Below, in pieces: positions 30,036-40,722 of a stretch of DNA of 64,000 bases. Location of the stretch: IMG/VR virus record IMGVR_UViG_3300023174_000040, positions 124,001-188,000 of that record. One strand, written 5' to 3'. Below the pieces are notes generated by a model, which was not told the origin of the DNA, did no database searches, and saw only the letters and a list, made by a program, of their open reading frames with translations. Position 1 is the first letter of the stretch. Each line of letters starts with the position of its first letter. The position numbers and the translations under genes were made by a program.

Positions 30036-30263
30036 CATATCAAGAAGAAGTCAAAAAACTTTCTGAGATATTTGGAATATCAATCTATAGAGGGAATAAT
30101 TCTATAGTAGCATATCCTCCAATCGGAAATGTATTTGATGCTAGTTATCTTCATTTAGCAGATGCTCCATTGTATGAAGATGTTGAAAAAACATATAAGA
30201 TTCTTAAAGATCAAATAGGGACTGGAATTCTTCCTTGTGAAGATCCAAATTGCACTTATTGCC

Positions 30264-30740
30264 ATGTCTAAATCCAAACTTCTCAATAGTTTTCTTCCAT
30301 TAGAAATTCAGTTAGAAGATGCTGCTAAAAAAGATCTAAAGTATATTCTCCAAAAGAAAAAAGATAGTGAAAAACTATCAAATGATTTTTATAAGATATA
30401 CAATAAATTCGTTAAGGCCAACCCAGATATAACCGATATTATCGAAGTAAACAATGTTGACGCTACAGGACAATTTCCCGGTATTGCAAGAGATTTGATT
30501 TCTGTAGCGAAAGAAATAGTTGTTGATAATGATGGATTCGTATTTGATTTTAGTTGGGATGAATCAGACTTTGACTTACATGACCGTAATCACATGTCAA
30601 ATCTATTGGTGTGTTTTTCAAATACATTTAAAATATTTGAAAAACTTCACCAAAAGAATCAGTTCTTTACAGTTCAAGTAGAAGATAGAAATGTGACTGT
30701 AGATTGGGGATTTGAACAAGGATTCATGTATTATGACTAG
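30264..30740 (+). CDS. hypothetical protein starting MSKSKLLNSF
   Basis: ATG overlapping the end of the previous gene. Confidence 0.6.
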   Translation: MSKSKLLNSFLPLEIQLEDAAKKDLKYILQKKKDSEKLSNDFYKIYNKFVKANPDITDIIEVNNVDATGQFPGIARDLISVAKEIVVDNDGFVFDFSWDESDFDLHDRNHMSNLLVCFSNTFKIFEKLHQKNQFFTVQVEDRNVTVDWGFEQGFMYYD

Positions 30741-31441
30741 CCAGATAAACAAAATCAAAAAATATGATCATCACCTTGCTAGTAAAATAGAAGAACAGCA
30801 TGGGTTTTTAACCTCTGGCGATATTGAGCGATTATCTGATTTTTTACCCGATCATATGGTTTTAGTTCGTTGTGGTAACGGCAGATTTATTACTCGGGCG
30901 TCAAGTGCAAATCATTTTGTTGATGTTGTGCGTTGTAGCCATGATTATGTCAGGGATGTATCTTTACTTGTAGATGATTATAAAGTAAACTAATTCCAAT
31001 ATGGAGAATAATAATGATTGTAAAAAATGATCCCAGCAATATCTCAAAACGAGGTCTTGACAAAAACAAACTATCCTATACAATCAAAATATTACATTGA
31101 TAAAACTTATGGAATTTACTTGGCGGCGGAGTCTTTCCATTAATTTGAAAGAAATGAAAAAAAACGAAATCACAATCCAGCGTGACTCGTTTGATTTGTT
31201 CGACTAATGAGCAAAAGGCTTTGGAGAATGAATAACTAATGGAAGATAATTACTCTTACATACAATCTCAAAGAATTCAAAAAGAAAAGCAATACTGGAC
31301 AAAATTAAGACAACTATCAGATAATGATAATGTTAAAGAATTCTATCAATTATATATGGAATATTTAGAGTGGAGTAATATTCTATCTAACGACAGAAAA
31401 GCAATTTATAAAATGGCTAAAAAAATAGCGGAGAATAACTA

Positions 31442-31726
31442 ATGACTGAAATTAAAATGAAAAAAGGATTTACACTTGTAGAGGCTTTGGCTTATTTGTT
31501 TATTGTTTTGACTCTTATTGGGCTATTAGTCCCGGCAATTCAACAATCTCTCATCAACAATAATAAGCCCACAGAGAATGGTGAGAAGCCTATGCCAGAT
31601 GGTCGGATGTATAACTTTGTTACTGTGAAGCACGACAACCATCTTTTTATAAGAGATGGGCATGATATTATTCATCATCCTGATTGTCCTTGTTTCACAC
31701 TAACTGCCGAAAAGGGAGAAAAATAA
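31442..31726 (+). CDS. prepilin-type leader protein
   Basis: KKGFTLVEALAYLFIVLTLIGLLVPAIQQ; HHPDCPC. Confidence 0.7.
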   Translation: MTEIKMKKGFTLVEALAYLFIVLTLIGLLVPAIQQSLINNNKPTENGEKPMPDGRMYNFVTVKHDNHLFIRDGHDIIHHPDCPCFTLTAEKGEK

Positions 31727-31936
31727 TGATGATTGAACAAGAGCCTATGGCATGGGCCGTTATGCAACCAGACTCTTATAGAGTTTTTGTCTCATATAAT
31801 CAGGCTTTGGTTTTTGTCTCATATAATCAGGCTTTGATTCATCAAGAGATATGGAGATTTTTTCTAATGATGATCTTCACCATGTTTATTGGAACATACC
31901 TTATGGTGAAATTTAAGGAATAAAAGGAATATAACT

Positions 31937-32305
31937 ATGAAAAAAACAGTTGCTACAAAGTGGGTTAAGGCTCTTAGGAGCGGTAAGTTTAAGCAGGCAG
32001 AATCATTCTTAAAGATAGATGATGATGACGGAAATCCTACACATTGTTGTTTGGGTGTTCTTTGTGAATTGTATAACGACGAAATGAGAAAGAGTAAGAA
32101 GAAAACCTTGCCAGTTAGGTCGTCAGACAATTTACTTCCTAGAAAAGTAATGAATTGGGCTGGTATGCAAAGTCGTGATGGGAAATTTGGGATAGATACT
32201 TATTATGAGAGTTTGAATCCTAGTGATCTTACTAGGATGAATGATGGTGGTAAATCTTTTAAAGTTATAGCGAATACTATTGAAAAGAATGCGGAAAGTC
32301 TTTAA
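31937..32305 (+). CDS. hypothetical phage protein
   Basis: KWVKALRSG.FKQ..CCLGVLC..MND.G.SF..IA. Confidence 0.7.
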   Translation: MKKTVATKWVKALRSGKFKQAESFLKIDDDDGNPTHCCLGVLCELYNDEMRKSKKKTLPVRSSDNLLPRKVMNWAGMQSRDGKFGIDTYYESLNPSDLTRMNDGGKSFKVIANTIEKNAESL

Positions 32306-32873
32306 TGAGATCATTATCAGATAGTGATATAATTAATGGACCTAATGGAAAAATAGAAAGAATGATATGAGTTCTAACCAAGCCCCAAATTGGAAAAAGG
32401 GTGATATAATTTGTCTATTAAATATCTATGGTAGAGTATTATCAGTTTTTGAGGCAGAACATGATCCTCATTATGGAGTCAATTCTTGGACATCTAAAGA
32501 AGATTGGCATTATGGTTTAAGAAACTGCAAAGAACTTAGATTAGCAAATCAAGAAGATATAGACCAAGAAATAAAAATTCAAATAGAAAACGTAAAAAGA
32601 GAAAAAACACGCTTAAATAAATTGCTCAATTTTAGGGAGCGTTTGTCAAAATGAATAATGACCACAACACGATAATTCCTTTAGTCGGTGGCCCATTGTG
32701 CGGTAATATCCTAACTTCTAAAGATGGTAGAATACCATCTACTGTTCCTATGTTTCACGAAGGTAAGTTTTATAATTATGAACTAATTATTGAACAGGGC
32801 GAGTTTTGGACAAATATTCACTATCAATATACTAACGAGGTACTTGAAGTGAATAATACTTTGGAGAAAAATA

Positions 32874-33053
32874 ATGATTGTCAAAAATGAATCAAAACAT
32901 TATATTGATAAAACTTATGGAATTTATATGGAGATTTTTTCTAATGATGATCTTCGCCATGTTTCCTTATACAATGACAAGAAAGAATCTAACGTGTCAT
33001 TTAGCGTAGACAATGAAGGAATCAAGAGGTTGGCCGATTTTATCAATAACTAA
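32874..33053 (+). CDS. small protein (59 aa), paralog of 34910-35107
   Basis: HYIDK...VS.YND...LADFI shared with 34910 ORF. Confidence 0.55.
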   Translation: MIVKNESKHYIDKTYGIYMEIFSNDDLRHVSLYNDKKESNVSFSVDNEGIKRLADFINN

Positions 33054-33234
33054 ATATTGACTATGATGAGTCGCATGGGACTTTCCATGATGATAAGTCG
33101 TATACTTACCTACGGGAGACTAAACCAGACCGAATCGTGAAATAATAGTTCCAAATATCCTATTATTATAGCGGCCCTCTTTTAGTGGAATAAATTGTAG
33201 GGACGGGTGCAGTTGGTACATCGTAGTCAATATT
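33053..33234. ncRNA. candidate structured RNA
   Basis: 16-bp closing stem AATATTGACTATGATG/CATCGTAGTCAATATT with internal hairpins; intergenic. Confidence 0.55.
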
Positions 33235-33248
33235 ATGGAGAATAACTA

Positions 33249-33512
33249 ATGAACGATATTAGGAAAATAGGACTCAAAAAAAATGGAAGATATACTATAG
33301 ATGAAGCGCTCAAATCTTGGAACTCATCTAATCGTAGAATGGGGTGTGTAGCAGCCACTAACTGGTTTTGTAGTAAGGTTCCGTCGTTCTACCCAGAACG
33401 CTTAACTAGATATACCTCAAAAGGTGAAGTTTTTCAACACGTTGTTGCAACAGATGGTAAAGTAAGAATTGATCTAGCACCCTATGCTGATAAACCTAGC
33501 GGAGATTATTGA
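33249..33512 (+). CDS. hypothetical protein
   Basis: GGAGAATAACTAATG start context. Confidence 0.6.
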   Translation: MNDIRKIGLKKNGRYTIDEALKSWNSSNRRMGCVAATNWFCSKVPSFYPERLTRYTSKGEVFQHVVATDGKVRIDLAPYADKPSGDY

Positions 33513-35338
33513 CTCCTGTATACAAGTAAGAGGACATAATATTGAAGATGGTGAAGAAAACGATACTTGAAGTGAGTAATAATTTGGAGAAAAATAATGA
33601 CACTAAATGAACTTATAGAAAGACTTAACTGGCTGAAAGAGGACGGAGTTGATGGAGATACTGTTATAAGTAATATTCGTCTCTTTAAGAGTTATATTCA
33701 AATTGAATTTCAGAATGGCATAATTAGTCAAGTTAGTATGAGTTGTGCTGGTGGAAATATTATACCACTTTATAAACAAGTAGAAGTTTTGTTAAATGAG
33801 GAACAAAAACAAGCAATACAATATTTTATTGATGACTCAGATTCTTATGACAGAGTGGGAATCAAAGAAACAAAAATAGCAGCAGACTTATTGAGATCTA
33901 TTTTACAAAAATAAACAATAAAGGCGAATCCTAAAGACAGCCCTGTGATTTTAAAACCCACTAAAGAACAGAAAGAAATTTGAATGAATATCGACACGAT
34001 CTTGAACACTATACAAAATTTAGTGCATATCATAATTTTCCTTTTTATATGGTTCTTTGTTTACTTTTGGTGGCTAATGAGTCGGTGGGGAGACAATATT
34101 TATTATGAGACTGAACTAATTAGAATAATATTATCAGTGATTCCAGCAATATTTTACCTTTACATTTGTAGATTGATCTGAAAAGTTAGCCGATTTTATC
34201 TATAACTATTTGGAGAATAACTAATGAACATTAATCTTGAAAAAAAAGACATTAAGACTATTCTTGATTCTTTAGAAGAATATAAGATTAGGGTCGAGGG
34301 TTGGGCTAATGATAAAACTATGAATGTGAATTTGTATCCTTGCACTGAGAATGAAGTGGGAAATTTGATCAATCGTCTAACTAATACTTTGGAGAATAAC
34401 TAATGTTTACTTACTCAAATGATAATTTAATTGAGATACAATCTTTGCCTGTTTTAAATCAACAAACTAAAACAAACGTAGAAAATCTCAAAAAACTCAT
34501 AGAAGAAGGTGAAAATGCTAAAAGAAAATTAAACGATTTACAAAATGCTTGTAAACATGAATATTTTTATGACGAGGCAGGATACCCCTATGATTATAGA
34601 TATTGTTCAAGTTGTGGCAAATTTATGTATGGTATTTAACCTTAACTCAAATAGGAAATTAAAATGAATTATATTGAAGTTAGTTCTACGGGTGGTGTTG
34701 GTATCATTAAAACTAAAAATATTGACACTGTATTCTGCTGCCCTCCATCTGGATGGCCGAACCATAATATGCCAGAATCTAAATTTTATCATATTAAGTT
34801 TTACTTAAAAAGGGGCGACCCAATTATTTCATTTTATCAAACTGAAGAAAAAATGATGGAAGAATATCGAAATATCTTTAATAAATTATTTAATAACTAG
34901 AGGAAAATAATGACTAATAAAACAGTTCAATATTATATTGATAAAGATAAACTGATTGATATTCAGATTGAAAATTGGAGTAATGGCAACATGGCTGTTA
35001 GTATTTACAATGATCGAAATAATAATTGTGTGACCTATATTTGTAATAAAAAAGAACTAAAGGGTTTGGCCGATTTTATTTATCAAACTATTGGAGAAAA
35101 GAAATGAATTTGAGCGACACAAGAAGTATGATTCTGTGGATAATTACTCTATTTACAGTAGCACCGATATCATTTTACCTTGGTTCATTTTTTGAATACA
35201 AAGCGATGACTGAGGAAGCAATTAAAAATCATGTTGGCGAGTGGGTTATAGATAGCACAACTGGTGCTGTGGATTTCAAATGGCGAGATAAAACTATTTG
35301 GATTTCAAATGGCGAGATAAAACTATTGGAGAAAAATA

Positions 35339-35848
35339 ATGAGTAATTTTGAACAACACGCACTAACTGAATTTCGTTCTGCTGGTTGGGTTGATGAAGA
35401 TGGAAAATTTAAAGACGAAATGCAGGAAATGATATGCAAACATGTATTAAAATTGTTAGAAGTTTTTAGTAACGAAGGTCACTCAGGATCTAGTGCTAAT
35501 TATGCAATTGATCTATTTAAGACACTTGCGAATTTTGAGCCAATTGTTCCATTAACTGGCGAGGATTTTGAGTGGGTTGTTGTTGGTAATGGGTTTTATC
35601 AAAATAAACGCATGGGTTCTGTATTTAAGGCATCTGACCGTTTTGATGGCAAACCATATTGGATGGATGGTAAAGTATTTTGGGAGTGGGCTTCTAGTCC
35701 TGATATTGATGATGGCAAACCATTTAAAACACATTTTACAAATATTGATTCGGCTGTTATAATTGAATTTCCTTGGACAAAACCAGACAGTCCCGAATAT
35801 ATTTTTAGACCCACAGAACAATACCCCAATGAACATATTAAAGGTTAA
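35339..35848 (+). CDS. hypothetical phage protein
   Basis: FSNEGHSGSSA..PLTGE..EW..QNKR. Confidence 0.7.
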   Translation: MSNFEQHALTEFRSAGWVDEDGKFKDEMQEMICKHVLKLLEVFSNEGHSGSSANYAIDLFKTLANFEPIVPLTGEDFEWVVVGNGFYQNKRMGSVFKASDRFDGKPYWMDGKVFWEWASSPDIDDGKPFKTHFTNIDSAVIIEFPWTKPDSPEYIFRPTEQYPNEHIKG

Positions 35849-36689
35849 ATCAATGACACTCGATGAAATCAAAAATCTATCCAATACGGAATTACTCGAC
35901 TTATATTCTTTATATGTTAAAATACATCATTACGATCCATTTGAAACACCAGAAAAGATCAAAATTTTGTACAAAAATAATATATCAATAGATGACCTAT
36001 ATGAGATTCTACTTGATAGATTGGAGAAAAAATAATGGACGATTCTGATAAAACCCTTGTTTATATTGTTATTTTCTTGTTGTGGGGTGCTTTTAGTGCT
36101 ATTGTTGGGAGTTGTGAAGCAGGTAAAAGTATTAGGCAAGATGCTGTAAAAAATAATGTTGCACAATGGGTTGCTGATGAAAATGGTGCTATTAAATTCC
36201 AGTGGAAAGTTATAACTGAAAAGGAGAATAAATGATGAGATGGATCAGCCCCAATTATCGTGATGGTGATACTAGGATACATACGTTTTTTGCATGGTTT
36301 CCAGTTAGTGTAATAGCAGAAGATATTCGTGAAACAAGATGGTTAACTATGGTAACCGTAAAACAACGCTTGTATTGTGGTAGTAGGTACAATCATTGGA
36401 TTAATAGTGAATTTATATGAATAAAACACAAATACAAAAAATCGTCATATTATACGGTGTTGTTGCAATTTATATGTGTTCTCTTTTTTTGTGGCATGAC
36501 CCATTAATATCTCTGTTATCTATGGGGTTTTTATTGGGTTTTTTATGGAATGAAACTTTTTTTGCAGGGAAAGAAAAATACTATAGATGATGAGACTATG
36601 GGATTGGCCGATATTTTTGGAAACGGCTATTGGTCTACTAGAGGAAACTATTAAGGAATAGATCTAAACTAGGATTATTCATCACTGTC

Positions 36690-37361
36690 ATGAAAGATTA
36701 TTTCTACAAAGCTATAAAAGAAAACGAAAAAGAAAATAACGTTCTTTTTTGGGGATGTGTTCACCTAAATCATCTATCAGAGCATTGGACGATTCCAATT
36801 TGGAAGCACAGAGGCTATAACAGTATTGAAGAATATAATCTTGGCCTAGTCAATAACTGGAATAGTAAGGCAAACCATAATACTATCGGATTTCTTCTTG
36901 GCGATAGTATCTTCGGACATAATGCCGAAGAAAAATTCATAAAGTTTCTAAAAGACATAAGTTTTAAGAAACTTTATGTTATGCCTGGAAATCATCAGGG
37001 CGGATATAAGCAGATCTTTGAAAGCATTGAAGAAAATGTTTATCTTCCAGAAGAAGATAAAAAGGTGATCTTTGTTCCTAATTATCTTGAAGCAACCATA
37101 GGTGGACAAGAAATTGTAATGAGCCATTATCCTTTGGCAAGTTGGAACCGCCAAAGTAAAGGTTCATTTATGATCCACAGTCATTGTCACGCAAATCTAT
37201 ACAAAAGCGAAATTGGCAAGATTCTCTATAAAGCCAAAATTATTGATGTTGGTGTAGAGAATTGCCCATATCCAATATCTCTGGCTGAAGTTAAAAAGAA
37301 GTTCAGAGACATGGAAAATTTGTCTTTTGATCATCACACAAAAGATACTTTGATGCCATAA
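36690..37361 (+). CDS. calcineurin-like phosphoesterase (phage type)
   Basis: H.NH; WN; LGD; GNH; SHYP; HSHCH; DVGV; first Asp appears replaced by Cys. Confidence 0.75.
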   Translation: MKDYFYKAIKENEKENNVLFWGCVHLNHLSEHWTIPIWKHRGYNSIEEYNLGLVNNWNSKANHNTIGFLLGDSIFGHNAEEKFIKFLKDISFKKLYVMPGNHQGGYKQIFESIEENVYLPEEDKKVIFVPNYLEATIGGQEIVMSHYPLASWNRQSKGSFMIHSHCHANLYKSEIGKILYKAKIIDVGVENCPYPISLAEVKKKFRDMENLSFDHHTKDTLMP

Positions 37362-37388
37362 AAAAAGAGTTTGGTTCATATATAATGT

Positions 37389-37604
37389 ATGAACTTTAAG
37401 GAATGGCTATTAAGCGAAAAAACAACAAGAGCAGGGACTATGCACTGGGCATATCCCGATGGTTATATTCGCTCGCATTACCCCGCAAGTTATTTCACCC
37501 CAGTTGCCGCTGACGCTATTCAGAAAATGGGGCCGAAATTAGATGATGATGAAGTAGATCATGGTGAAATGAAGTGGAAAAACCACGACAACACAAAAAA
37601 GTAA
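37389..37604 (+). CDS. small protein with capsid-targeting-like N-terminus
   Basis: MNFKEWLLSE; CATATATA upstream; terminator 37611-37640. Confidence 0.6.
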   Translation: MNFKEWLLSEKTTRAGTMHWAYPDGYIRSHYPASYFTPVAADAIQKMGPKLDDDEVDHGEMKWKNHDNTKK

Positions 37605-37654
37605 ATTACTAACCCTGCCCAAAAGGCAGGGTTTTTTTATACACTAGGAGAATA

Positions 37655-38326
37655 ATGTGGAGTCATGATCATCAAGATATTAAATTAGAGGGTAAACTCA
37701 AAAATCTTTATATAACAGGGGTATATGAGAACTTTGAATATTTCTTTTTAGACTATAGTGAAGAATATTTAAAAGAAATAATAAAAGAGAGAGACGCATT
37801 TTATCTTAATAAGTGTCCAATATATCATAGACCTTTTAATGATATAAATACCAAAGAAAAACTATACAGTGTTGCCAAAGTATCTAAGGCATTATTAACA
37901 GACGAAGAAATTCTTCATCCTCATCAATGGAGTGACAGTGCAATATATTCTGTATTCGAAAGTCTTGTAAATTCTATTAGTTTTGAGATATTTTCAGTAG
38001 AACATAAAAGAGAAAAATTTAAATACCGAAAACTAGTTAATGATACATACTCAGACATCTACAAAACCCCAAAAGTAATTGAAGATAAAAGCAAAGAAGT
38101 TGATGCCTGGTATATGATACTAGAATCATTAAGCGATGAACTGCTTGAGAATAGAATGTTTGAACACTCTAGGGCCAAAAAGATACTCGATGCAGACCCA
38201 GAAAAATCAATTGATTTAAAAATTAAAAATAAGATCCCAATTAATTATTACACTGAGACAATTGGTTATATACCAGAAAAAGAATTCAGAGATAGTGTTG
38301 ATTACCTAATGGAACTTGTAAAATAA
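37655..38326 (+). CDS. hypothetical protein
   Basis: AGGAG RBS; 223 aa. Confidence 0.6.
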   Translation: MWSHDHQDIKLEGKLKNLYITGVYENFEYFFLDYSEEYLKEIIKERDAFYLNKCPIYHRPFNDINTKEKLYSVAKVSKALLTDEEILHPHQWSDSAIYSVFESLVNSISFEIFSVEHKREKFKYRKLVNDTYSDIYKTPKVIEDKSKEVDAWYMILESLSDELLENRMFEHSRAKKILDADPEKSIDLKIKNKIPINYYTETIGYIPEKEFRDSVDYLMELVK

Positions 38327-38340
38327 ATTAGATATAGACT

Positions 38341-39477
38341 TCATAAAAAATGGTATTTTAACTTTCCTATTTCTACTCTTTGTGCAAGTTCAATTACGAT
38401 ATTAGACAATAATTTTAAACGATGTTCATGTATTTCTTCAGATTTCATTTCTATGCTTGTTTTGTCTATCTTTGTGAGTTGAACAATAAACTCTGAACCA
38501 TTTTCGGAGTCATCTTGAACTATTTTATTTACCATTAGATCAATAAAACCTAAAACCAACAATTCAAAAAATAAAAGCTTGAAACTGCTGGGTGTGAAAG
38601 CCCAATTGTGACAATCAGTATGATTTTCAGAAAGTAAATTGTCTTGATATAACTTCCATGAAACTTCAAGTTTTTGAGGATAAAGAACAACTTCTTGAGA
38701 AGAATGTGGCCTCCAAGCACTTTGTTTGTCAGCCCAAGATTGATGATTTATGGAATCTAAGTAGACTTCAGAAGAATGTCTTTTGGTTTTATTGTTATAT
38801 ACCGATAATACTTGACCAAGAGGGGAAGGATTTCTAAAAAAATCAAAGTTATATCTTAAATCTGGGACTGCCAAGTTAAATACTCCACTCTCTTTAAGCA
38901 GGTTAGAGCAAGATTTTAAAAAATCAAGAATATCAACCACATGTTCTATTGAATGACTGCTTATTATATAATCTAAATTGTTACCAACTTTATTTTTTAC
39001 CGCTTCCTCTAAAGACTCATTTTTCCAATCCCACAAAATGTCTATATCTTCTATATTTTTAGACAATCCATGCGACATGATTTCTGGCGATAGTTTTTTG
39101 ATTAAATCTTCTTTAGAACATATATCGACTATTGTTGTTTGCCATCCGTCTTTTTTTGGTGCAATTGGATGATAAAAAGGTCCAATTTCCAATCCTTTAT
39201 CTGTTTTTGATATGTTTCTAAGTAATAGTTTATAGCGTTTGTATATTTGAGTGTTTTTTACTAAATACTCAAGTTCATCTTTATTGTGACTGATTTCTGA
39301 TTCTGATACTATTGGCGTATAGGGCGTCACTCTAGATTTCATATCAATATAACAAATTATTTGATATTCATTTTTATCTTTAGTGTCGAATATTTTGCCC
39401 GCTAGTATTTCGTTGGTTTCTTTATTGTAAAAATATACTTCTTCGTCTTTTGAAAATCTACTCATTTCTCTGACCAC
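38341..39477 (-). CDS. SAM-dependent methyltransferase (type 11-like)
   Basis: GLEIGP; DYIISSHSIEHV; LAVPD.RY.FD. Confidence 0.8.
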   Translation of the reverse strand: MVREMSRFSKDEEVYFYNKETNEILAGKIFDTKDKNEYQIICYIDMKSRVTPYTPIVSESEISHNKDELEYLVKNTQIYKRYKLLLRNISKTDKGLEIGPFYHPIAPKKDGWQTTIVDICSKEDLIKKLSPEIMSHGLSKNIEDIDILWDWKNESLEEAVKNKVGNNLDYIISSHSIEHVVDILDFLKSCSNLLKESGVFNLAVPDLRYNFDFFRNPSPLGQVLSVYNNKTKRHSSEVYLDSINHQSWADKQSAWRPHSSQEVVLYPQKLEVSWKLYQDNLLSENHTDCHNWAFTPSSFKLLFFELLVLGFIDLMVNKIVQDDSENGSEFIVQLTKIDKTSIEMKSEEIHEHRLKLLSNIVIELAQRVEIGKLKYHFL

Positions 39478-40283
39478 TCTTCAATTCTTTTCTTTGCTTG
39501 TTCTATAGCATCATTCATCCATAGTCTAGCATTTTGAGCGTATTGTTCAAAATAAATCATAGAACTTGGAAGTGAACGACAATGATCAATGTTATTATCA
39601 TTTGTTCTCTCATAGTTCTGCTCTGAACCTATTAGTAGAGAATTTATACCGTTTTGTTTAAGTTGATAGTTAATTAATAGTTCTGTGTCAGGCCAATTTG
39701 GACCACATACTGCTGGTTTGAGTTCTACTCCACGATTATTACATAATCTTCGGAGACCCCAAGTTGCATCAATTTTGTCTAGTGCTATTACATCAAACAT
39801 AGTGCAAGTATGCCCTAGCATCCATTCCCAATCTGGATGTGGTCTAGGACTAAGTTGATAACCAACTGCTTTATGCACTTCGCAGAGTTCAACCATTTCA
39901 GCTAATAATTCTCTTCTTTTAAGAAAACAGTCTGAATGGGTGCAAAACAAGAACCTTGTGTGAACGAACGATAAACTCAAATCCATAGCCGCTGTTACTG
40001 GTTCACTTGGATGCCGCCAACTATTGGAACGAATAAAATGAATCTCAACATCCTCATCCCTTAAATCTTCAATACTCCTAGTATCCTCGCTCCCAGTATC
40101 AACAACAACAATATAAGGTCTTTCAGTTTGTAGTCTGAGAGTTTCAATCACTAATGGTAAACTATCCATAGCATTGATACAAGGTATGACCGCTGTGACC
40201 TTATATTCCCAAGGCTTTTTAACAACTGATCCTTCCCAAGGCGTTGGTAATGATTTATCAGGAGCAATAGATGGTTTTTTCAT
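39462..40283 (-). CDS. glycosyltransferase family 2
   Basis: VTAVIP; VVVDTGS; THSDCF. Confidence 0.8.
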   Translation of the reverse strand: MKKPSIAPDKSLPTPWEGSVVKKPWEYKVTAVIPCINAMDSLPLVIETLRLQTERPYIVVVDTGSEDTRSIEDLRDEDVEIHFIRSNSWRHPSEPVTAAMDLSLSFVHTRFLFCTHSDCFLKRRELLAEMVELCEVHKAVGYQLSPRPHPDWEWMLGHTCTMFDVIALDKIDATWGLRRLCNNRGVELKPAVCGPNWPDTELLINYQLKQNGINSLLIGSEQNYERTNDNNIDHCRSLPSSMIYFEQYAQNARLWMNDAIEQAKKRIEEWSEK

Positions 40284-40722
40284 TACACTATTATAGTAAA
40301 TTAAAAAAAATTATCTAATAGTTAACTCTAGCAATTATTCTCTCCCCTCTCTCTAGATGTTCAACTCTATTTTGAAGATTATTAAACTGCTTTTCTGTTA
40401 TGATTTCTATTTTTAATAGAGTTTCAATAGAGTCTTGAGTTAATTTTAAGGTTTTATCATGAACACTGTTGCTAGCCAGAATGGATCCTATGGCTAGGTA
40501 TGATATTAATATTAAAATTAAATGTGCGTTATTGTTTTTCATAGAGTCTATTATTGCAGAATATTTGAATTTTGTCAAAGACCCTATTGAAAAAATCTAT
40601 AATTTAACTATAAATAACATATCCTCGACAAATGACCTATTGTCTAGGTTCTTTATGCGAACAAAGAACCATCGCTCAAGATGAGGAATTGAGTATAATT
40701 TTTAGGTTTAAAGGAGGTTCGT

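Noticed and set aside
33053-33234. Hammerhead ribozyme or group I intron call
   Set aside because: TGATGA and GAGACTA fragments are present, but a complete catalytic core could not be assembled.
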